Part shown: positions 54,777 to 64,000 of the stretch, piece after piece
Layout: each line of letters begins with the position of its first letter
Numbering within the stretch: the stretch's first letter is position 1
DNA from: Euglena gracilis
Lineage: Eukaryota
DNA length: 64,000 nucleotides
Direction of reading: 5' to 3'
Assembly: GCA_039621445.1 (NCBI GenBank)
Contig: CP154954.1
Location: forward strand, 48,029,847 to 48,093,846
Translations under genes and position numbers: made by a program
Notes under the pieces: model-generated
Told to the model about the DNA's origin: nothing
Seen by the model: the letters and a program-made list of their open reading frames with translations, nothing else
Database searches by the model: none

Positions 54777-57700
54777 AACAAAATCCCTTGTGTTACCCAC
54801 CCATTTTGGGGGGCAAATCCCTTTTGTTGCCCATATTCGAGGGTCCCAAAATAACAAAATCCCTTGTATTACCCACCTGTTTTCCCTTGTGTAACCCAAT
54901 TGTTTTGGGGGACAAATCCCCTCCATTGCCCAACTGGTCGAGGGCCCCAAAGCAACAAAATCCCTTGTGTTACCCACCCGTTTTGTAAGGTAAATCCCTT
55001 TTATTGCCCAACTGTTCGAGGGCCCCAAAATAACAAAATCCCTTGTGTTACCCACCCATTTTGGTGGGCAAATCCCTTGTGTTACCCACCCGTTTTTGGG
55101 GACAAATCCCTTTTGTTGCCCAACTGGTCGAAGGCCCCAAAATAACAAAATCCCTTGTGTAACCCACCCGTTTTGGGGGGGGCAAACACAAGGAGGTTTC
55201 TTGTTTTGGGGCCCTCGAACGGCTGAGCAACAAAAGGGATTTGTTTCCCAAAACGGGTTGAAAACATTTTTGTTGTTCTTGGGGCCCGCAAACATGGGTG
55301 GTCATGTTGTGATGTTGTGGGGGTCGACCGAGGGCGACCAACCTTGCAAAAAGGGGGGGGGGTCCGGCTCTGGGGTGGGGGTCAACCATGGTCACCCTCG
55401 GTCGACCCCCACAACCGTGGCTCGGTCACCCTCGGTCACTCTCGGCCCCCCCCCCCCCACGACCCAGGGCGACCGAGGGCGACCGAGGCGACCGTGGGCC
55501 GACCATGGTCGACCCACAGGGGGGTTGGTACACCCCTCCCCCCCCCCTCTCCGAGGGCCTCGCCACGCCATTTACCCCCCCTCCCCCCCCCCCTAGCCGG
55601 ACCCCCTCGCCACGCCACCGGGTATTTTCGCGATTTTTTGAACGAAATTTTTGTTGGAAACCATGGTACACCCCCCCCCCCCCCCTGGCCGCCGACCCCC
55701 TCGCCACGCCATTTACCCCCCCTCCCCCCCCCTATTCGGACCCCCTCGCCACGGCGTACCAACCACCCACACAACTCCCCCCCCCCAGGCCAAATCTACC
55801 TCCCCCTCCGGGATGCCCGTTGTGCCAAACCCATTGCTACGGGGATCACTTCGTGTGCTGCGAGAAAAAGGATGCACGCCAGTTTAGTACCTTTGTTCTT
55901 GTTCTCACCGCAGTTACACCGCAGTTATCTGGACTCCTCCAATGGGAACAATAAGGGGGGGGATAGCAAAGGGGGGGGCATGGTAATTCGGAGGTTCGGC
56001 AGCCACCCCCCCCCCCTCTGGTGGTCGGAGGGGCCCCCCCCTGGTCAGCCGACCCCCTCGGTACCATACTTGCAGATAGTGCGACCGGAAAAATTGTTTC
56101 CGTGCGCCGCGACCACCGCGGAAATTTTTTTTTTGTAACCGGCAGCGCCGCGGCAAAATTTTTTCTGTGCGCCGCGAATGCCGTGGCACTGGTTTATGTG
56201 TGCGCCGCAAACGCCGCGGAAACTTTTGAAGTTTGTGCCGCGACCACCGCGGCAATTGTCTTTTTAAATTGTGTCCCACACATACTTCTTTTGGCCCCTT
56301 CCCCTGCCTGGCCTCTTTGATACTTTCTCGACCATGGCCGAGAAGGGTATTTGGCGGCAGGGAGTGAACTTTTGTGCAAGCGTTCCTGTTTGTTTTCAAG
56401 ATCAGCTTTCACCATCTATCAATCTACCCCCCCCCCCTTATTGTCCCACCCACCTGCCCCCGGGAGGCCCGACCGGACAATAAGGGGGGGGGGACAATAA
56501 GGGGATACCAAAGGAATTTCATTGGCTGGGCCAAAAAAATCCCCCGTCGGCCGGGGCCCAGGGACAATAAGGGGGGGGGGACAATAAGGGAGGGGGGGTG
56601 GTAATTGTTTCCACCAAAAAAATGTTGGGTGTTGTGTTGCTGCCAATATGTTCTTGAGCTTTGGGCAGAAATTTTTTTGTGCCGCAACCACCGCGGAAAA
56701 ATTTTCCCCTTGCGCCGCGACCACCGCGGCAATAAATTTTGCTTGTGCCGCGACAGCCGCGGCAAAAATCTTTCTATGCGCCGCGACCACCGCGAAATCT
56801 TTTTTTTGCGCCGCGGCATGAGCGCCGCGGCGCACTAACTACAAGTATGCTCGGTACGGCATGCCAAACCATACCAATGTATTTTCCTTTGGTAAATTCC
56901 TTACTGTTCCCATGGAGCCGTGACCCCCATTTGGGCAATTAATTGTCATTTTTTCAGGTCAAGCGATTACACCTAACGCCCGATTCTTTTGCACTCCACA
57001 CCGTATTTATTTGCACTTTTGGTCAATATTTTTGCACTTTATCTCAAAAATGTTTGCACATGTTAAAATTTTGTTCGCACGTTATCTCAAAAATGTTTGG
57101 CACTTTATGTCAAAAATGTTTGCCTACGTTCCGAATTTTTTTGCACACGGATCGGGTGTTTTGCACTTTTGCCCTTAAGTCCGCGTCTTAGGTGCAGGGA
57201 CTCAGGACAGGGTTTGCATCTTCCGCCGGACTTCAGGCATGAGGTCTGTGTCTTGAGACGAAGACCATCCAAAGTGCCGCGTCTTTGTTGGAACCCCCCA
57301 AAATCGACCAAAATGGTTCAGAAAGCAGAAATGAATGGGTTGAAGCAGAAATGTCATTGCTGCATAAAGCCGATTGACCTCAGGATTTGTCCCATTTCAT
57401 TCCAACTTTTGACAAATGAGTTACATTGGTTCGTTTCAAGCCGTTTTGAGCTGTTTTCCAAATACAATTCACTGCAAATGGACAATAAAACTCCAAGGCC
57501 AACATGCGGTATTGAGAAAAATCAAAGACAGGAGTTCTTGGACATTTCCAAATACCAATTTCTGGTTTTGGAGTTGGGAAAAATCTTGACCATCACAAAT
57601 GCACTGCTCAAAGAAGCGCATTGAGTGTTTGTTACGCTCAATGTTAGAAAGGAGAGACATAGCGACGCGATGTAGTGTGATGATTTTTTGGCAAATAAAA

Positions 57701-59830
57701 ACACTGCATATGTGGGCATCGTGCATCAAAACCCCAAAAAATTGAAGATAATTTGCAAAATACCCTCACCCCCCCCTCAAAGTATCTGCCGTTTGAGGCA
57801 TTTTTGGCTGGTTTTCTGCCATTGCAGGCAGTTTTTTTTTGCACTAATTCTGGGCATTTTGGATTTTTTGGGGCCAATTCATGGTCATCGTGGATTTTTT
57901 GATGTCGTGTTCAATCCATTGAGGCTTCATTTTGGGCAGTTTTTTTTTTTGGCAGATGGTTACATTGTCTAATATTTTTGATAAGTTTCGGAAATGCTGG
58001 GCCGTTTGTGTGATTTCAGGTTTTTGACCAGATTTTGAATTGTGTCCATCCATTTTGTCCACGCGACTGACAAAAATATTTGCCCAATCCAGTCAAAATT
58101 TTCGCCCAGCGCCCACAAAAAAATTTGCCCAGAGCTGTCAAAAATTTTTGCACCGCGCCGCCAAAAATATTTGCACTTGCTCAAAAAATATTTGCCCTCC
58201 GTCATTTTATTTTTGCACAATGAAAAAAAGCGTTGCATTGGACAACGGAAAAAGATCCATGCCGTTTGAGTGTCTCAGGACACATTTTTTTTTAAGTCTG
58301 CGTGTTAGAGGCGCGGGGACTCAGGTCGGGGTCTGCATCTTTGACAGCCTACGGAAAGCACAAATGTTCATTGTGTTCACGTAGAGTTGGTGAACACCCT
58401 ATTTGGCCATTTTGGCTGCTCGCACAAGGCCTCCCGTTCTTGGCCAAAACTTTTTGAAAATTTTGGTTTACCCCCCTCAAAGTGGCCATTTCTGTTGGTG
58501 CCGAAGGCGCCGAAGCCCAAAATTTGACCCCCCCCCCAAATTGTCCCCTCCCCCAGAGCGGCCATTTTGGGGTCCCGTGCTGACTGGAGGGTGGCCACTT
58601 TGAGGGGGGGGTGAGGGGGCAAACATTTCGGACGCTAGGTGTAACCAATTTTCAAAACCATGCCTGTCCCTCAATTAATTTTGATTAACCGCCACCCTAT
58701 CAATTCCCCCCCCCCAAAAAGTCATTTGTCTTTCTTGCTCACTCCACAATAGGCCAAGGACCCCAAAAATTTGGCGTTCAGATAACGTGGTGTCAAAAAC
58801 AGAGTTTACATTCAAGGCTTTTTGAAAGAATTTTTCATCCACATTGGCACTGAACACGACCTTGCCATTTCCTTGAAGAAATGTTCCCAACCTCGGGACA
58901 TTTCTTCTTCCAACAACAAAAAATAAGCAATTAACTGGGGGGGGTCAAGTATCAATCCAACGCTTCATGCAGAGCGGGTTGGCTAACGGGGGGGGGCAAA
59001 CCCCCAGATGCCCCCCTATTTAAGAGCCCCCCTGGGATTTTGGCTCTCAAGGGGGGTTTTATATGGGGGGGGCATGGCAGACCCTGTATTTTTTGGGGGT
59101 GCCACCCCTATGACCCCCCTCCCCCGCGACCCCCCACCCCCCGTTACCCCGCGAAACGAACCTCCAATTTTCATACAATGGGGGTGTATGAGGCGCGTGG
59201 AGGGGGGGCACGAAGGGGGGTCTGTCACGGGGGGAATGTGGCAGCTTTGACGGTCACGTGTGACCAGTGTGACCTCACATACAATGTAACCTATTTTTAG
59301 AACTTTTGCGACAAAAATAGATCCAATTAGGAATTTATCACACATTTTTGGCAATTTTGATTCCTAAATTGGGTTCCATTTCCTAATTAGTTGCCATTTT
59401 TGGTTCCTACTGGGATCTGGAAACCCTCCATGTGTGGGTCGGTGGGGGGTCGCTTTTGCTCTATTTTCAGAACTCAAGTTTTCCAAAAGGGGGGGGGTTG
59501 AACGTGAAGTTTGTATTTTTTTTGAAAAAGGATGCAGCCACCATGAACTTAAGAGAGCAATTGTCGACAGGTGGAATTCAAACCAAGCTCATTGTGTGAG
59601 TTGAAAGAGAAGTTGAACTCTGCCTCCACCACTTTTCAAGCCTTGCCCACGTAACCGCGGTGTACATTGCACATTTCTGCGAAGAATCGGACGTACCACC
59701 TCCCCCCCCCCCAATTGAACCCCTCCTAATTGACCAAACGCCCCGGGGGAAATTTTTTCAACCCCCTCCCCTGATTGACTGCCCGGGGGGCATTGCGTGC
59801 TAAAGCATCCAACCTGCATGCTTCACAGCC

Positions 59831-60190
59831 ATGCCACCAAAGATGAAGCAAATTGCTCTATCTTTTATTCCTTGCGCAAGGCTGCTGGACTTGCAAAATG
59901 CCGGGGCTTGTGTGGTGCCTGGCGTTGAGGCTAGAAGGGATTTGGCAGTGGGCAGCAAAGCGGAGATACTGAAATTTTCACGGAACCATTCATTGAATGA
60001 AACACTTGCCAAATTTCCTGAAATCGGCCCTTCAACTCGTTAGCGGGTGAGAAGGCAAGTGAAACACATTGAAGAGGCAGTCAGCGCAGGATGGCCCATG
60101 GTGAAAAGGTAAACCCCTTGCAAAAGTACAAAGTTTTGGGCGAGCACCTGAACAAATTTTTGAGATGGTGCGTGACGCCCAGGGAGCGGA
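59831..60190 (+). pseudogene. pogo-like transposase N-terminus (HTH-psq and CENP-B-like HTH), disrupted
   Basis: Homologous to the 16547 fragment. RRDLAVGSKAEILKF...FPEIGPST, then KYKVLGEHLNKF / EMVRDA. Confidence 0.55.
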
Positions 60191-60359
60191 AGAAGTCTCC
60201 GGGAGAAGTACATCACAAGCCTGCCAAATGAAATCCAAAAGGACCTCATGATGCTACCAGCGAAGCGCCGGGACGAATTTTTTGCTCGTTGGCCGCGCTG
60301 GTACAAACTTGTGTGTCACCCGTGTGAAGCAATTTTTGCCGGTACACTGCAAAACCCTG

Positions 60360-60430
60360 AACCTTGAACCTAACCCTAACCCTAACACTAACCCTAACCC
60401 AAACCAACCCTGACCCTAACCCTAACCCCA
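60360..60430. repeat. Interstitial telomere-like (CCCTAA)n
   Basis: Degenerate repeats; also near 4960-5100, 25280, 25670-25780 and 61727-61910. Confidence 0.8.
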
Positions 60431-61471
60431 ACGTATTCCCTTTTGTTGCTTAACTTAACCGTTTGAGGGCCCCAAAATAACAAAATGTGTTCCCCACCCG
60501 TTTTGGGGGCAAATCCCTTTTGTTGCTCAACTGTTTTAGGGCCCCAAAATAAAAAAACCCGTTGTATTACCCTGCCGTTTTGGGGGGCAAAACCCTTTTG
60601 TTGCTCAACTGTTTGAGGGTCCCAAAAATAGCCCCCCGTTAACAACCCGTTTTGGGGCGCAAATCCCTTTTGCTGCTCAGCTTTTTGAGGGCCCCAGAAC
60701 AACAAAATCCCTTGTCTTTTCAACCCATTTTCGGGGGCAAATCCCTTCTGTAGCTCAACTGTTCGAGGGCGATGCGTGGTGAAAAGAGTTATTTTTTTCT
60801 TCCAAAATCAAGGGGTAAATTTCACGGGGGGGGGTGCTTAAAAAAGTGGTTGAACACCCCCATTGGTACATTTAGAGTGGGGGAGACAACCCAGAACCCC
60901 ACCCCCCTCGGAAATTGGGATCCACCGACTTGGGGGGTGGTCGATCAACCTCGATCGACTAAGTCGATCAATGCCCCAGAACCTCCCAAGTCCACCGTCT
61001 GGGGCCATGCCCTCCAAAATATGTTTTATGTCTTTTCCCAACAAATGGCCCATTTTCAAGGAAAACACGAGAAAATTTACATTTTCAAAAAAAACATCTT
61101 TTTATTTTGCTTTTTTTTAAAAAAATGTTTTGTGTTTATTTAAAAAAACACCAATGGCCAACAACCATGCCCCCCCCCCCACTGTCCCACTGTCCCCGAC
61201 CTGTGGCCCACTTTTGCCTCCATGGGACCGGCAAGGGAGGAACAACAAGGGGGGGGACGAGCTTCTCCCCCTTACTGTTCCCATGGGCGATGAACTAACC
61301 AACCAATTAGACCCAACAGGCCACCTAAAGTGCCAAAATGAAGCTTTTTTTGGTTTACCTGCTTGAAAATGGCACCTCCACAACATCCATTTTGGTGTTG
61401 GTTTGGAGTTTGATGGGAATGAGAGCACCTGAAACCGACTTTTCCCTCTTTTTCAGGTTGCTTGCTTAATC

Positions 61472-61501
61472 ATATATATATATATATATATATACCTATA
61501 T

Positions 61502-61533
<32 letters not shown>

Positions 61534-61586
61534 ATATATAGATTTATATAGATATATATATATATATATAGTATAATATATAATAT

Positions 61587-61619
<33 letters not shown>

Positions 61620-61716
61620 TATAATATCTATATCTATATATATATATATCTCTCTATCTATCTCTATAATCGTCTCTATCTATATATCTACTCGCCTCTA
61701 TATATATATATATATG
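61472..61716. repeat. (TA)n microsatellite
   Basis: Direct reading. Confidence 0.95.
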
Positions 61717-62381
61717 TATGTATGGGAATAGGGTTAGGGTTACGATTTGGGGAAAAAGTTGTGCCGAAATCGGGTCAAAATTCACATAAAAAATTGGATC
61801 CGAAATTCAGCCCGAATTCGGCCGGAATTCGGCCCCACCTGATTTCCCTTAACCCCAACCCTCACCTGAACCCTAACCGCAATCCCTAACCCTAACCCTA
61901 ACCCTATTCCTAAACATAACCCCAAAATGCCCCCGCCGGCGGAAAAAGTTTCCGTCGGTGGGGTGGGTTTCCCAAAGAAAATGCAAGGGGAGGTTCAGTA
62001 GTTTCACCTGGGCGGCCGAAGTCCCCGGTGGATCCAACCACTGGGACCCCCCCGGGTGGGGGGGTGCCGGTGAGTTAGTCTTGCCATATGTATGTGTATA
62101 TATAGATATAGATATATGTAGATATATATAGATATATATAGATTTGTTATTATCCATTTGCTTATATATATATTATCCATTTGCCCCTCCCAGTAGAATG
62201 AGCACGCACAGCACGCCTCATGTATGGGTCATGGGTTGAGGTTCTGCGGGCAGGCTGGTGGGGAGGCGACCAGGAGTAGGGGTCGGGAGCAGGGCTGCAT
62301 GAGGAAGCCTGTTAGAGGGGGGGCGACCCCTACCTACCCCCCCCCACTCACCAAAACCCATGAGGTTTCTGGGGTTCTCAT

Positions 62382-63830
62382 TCAGCCCTGGTCATGCGCC
62401 ATCCCGGCATCCCTCCGCGACGACGGAGGGGGGGCGGGGGGCGGCCCGGTGGGCCTCCTCAGGGGGGAGAGGGGGCCCCGGCGCGGGGGGGAGGGGTCTG
62501 GGTAGCGGTCGTACTGGCCCCCGGTGGTGGGGACGGGGTATGCCTCTCCGGCAGGCTTTGCTTGACCCCCCCCTTGGGGGGACACCCATCCACCACTTGG
62601 GGTGGCGTGCCTAACACGGTGGGCGCTTTGGACCCCCCCCCCCGGCCTGCCAGGGCCACCGGCGGCCGCCCGAAAACAAAGCCTTGTTGGGATCCTCGGC
62701 CCATTGGCTGCGGTGGTCGGCGTGGCGGTGCGGAGGGTCCGCCTCCTGTCGCTGCCGTGGCCGCTGCGGGCAGCACTCCCCGTGTGATGGCCGGAACGGA
62801 GGGTTGCCGGTGTGGTGCCAAAGGGTCCCTTGCAACGCGCATTGTGTGAGGCCTGTGCAGCCCAGACCCAACTCCAAAGACATGATTCTTGTGTGCTGTT
62901 CGCTGCTATCATTCCCTGGGGGTCCCCACTGGTTTTTGGCAGAAATATCGCCCGTTTTCAATTTCCATGTCTGGGCATTTTGTATTTTCAGTGTTCAGCT
63001 CTATCCTCCTCAGTCCACATGTATATCGGCACCCTGGAGGGGGGAGAAAAAAAAACAGGAAGGTGTGGAGGGCTTTGCTAAGATTGGAAATTCAAACCTT
63101 CACCAACATCCTACCCCTTGAGTGTATTCCCCCTAAATAATAATGATTTGAGCACCGAAGTCAGAGCCCAGGGGGGGGGGGTGGGGGGGTGTTGGGCTAG
63201 ATTATCAACCACAAAAAATGACTGCAAAATTTCTTTCGCCAATTTCTCCAGGCCAATATTTTTTGTAACTTTTTGTGCAATGACCACAATTTTTGAAATT
63301 CATACAGGCTCAATTCATCAATTTTTCTATGCACCTTTTTTGGATGTACCCGGTGATTTTTCTGCCATTTTTGTTTGTCTTCACCAGTGTGCAGCAGAGG
63401 GATCATTCTTTGGGAGATATCCGCTATGTGGGCAGTGACGAAGAGAAATGTCAGAAACAAGCACACGCAGTCCCACTTTCTCACCAAGGGGGAGGGCAAC
63501 AACGGACCCCGAAATAAATAATATCTCCCCCTAATTAATGATAAGCACACAAATCTACTCACTAACTAACGCTCATTCGGTGGTCTCAAGAACACAGCAG
63601 GGTGGAGTGCTGGCCTTGGCGCACGTTCCCGGGGTGGAGGGTCATCCCACTCAGCGGGCTCCTCCGCAAAGGACACCGGGCCATCCCACTTTCCACGGGA
63701 AGCCGCCGGCTGCTCGTGACGATGGCTGGGCCTCCGGTGCTTCGCGGCAGCGTCGGGTTGCACGTCGTCGGTCAACAGACTTCTGCCGCTGGAGATGCCC
63801 AAACGTCAAAAAAAGAAAACGCCGCAAAAC
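62382..63830 (-). CDS. 3' part of a probable multi-exon host gene, proline-rich protein of unknown function
   Basis: Unique GC-rich open stretches at 63800-63600 (TDDVQPDAAAKHRRP), 63440-63300 (HIADISQRMIPLLH) and 62880-62382 (...YDRYPDPSPPRRGPLSP...DQG*). Splice sites not resolved. Confidence 0.4.
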
Positions 63831-64000
63831 CCATCAGGATGGCCAAAATGACAGTTGTGCCTATTGTGTCAGGCTTTGACCAAATCTGCTTGTTTTGTTA
63901 TGGTGCCAGCACATACATGGTCCAAGCTAGGCCCCGCCCTAAAAAACATGGTTCGAATTGTTTTCATGTTCCACCTGCCCCAAAACACAACCCCTTCCAT

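Overview
Eukaryotic genomic DNA (spliceosomal-type GT-AG introns, interstitial TTAGGG repeats, very many poly-G/C runs; the style suggests a euglenid-like protist, which is inference only). Two multi-exon host genes on the minus strand (7-6812 and about 62382-63830) flank a ~55 kb pile of nested mobile elements: hAT and pogo/Tc1-mariner MITEs and transposase relics, a 5'-truncated CRE-like RLE non-LTR retrotransposon, small retroposed inserts with TSDs, and a 4.4 kb higher-order CA/CG satellite. The most striking signal is a family of DNA elements (about nine copies or end fragments, six sequence-divergent subfamilies labelled A-F) with one architecture: a plain terminal inverted repeat at one end, and at the other a subterminal inverted repeat plus a ~45-55 bp-stem hairpin ending in TATA. 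They insert at TT^purine with no target duplication. Four subfamilies carry remnants of one homologous gene reading away from the hairpin; pieced together it looks like an N-terminal domain, a Crypton-like tyrosine recombinase and a C-terminal PHD finger. A second Crypton-like family (G) has asymmetric subterminal IRs and targets ACC-poly(C). No copy is intact. All assignments were made by eye, without database searches.
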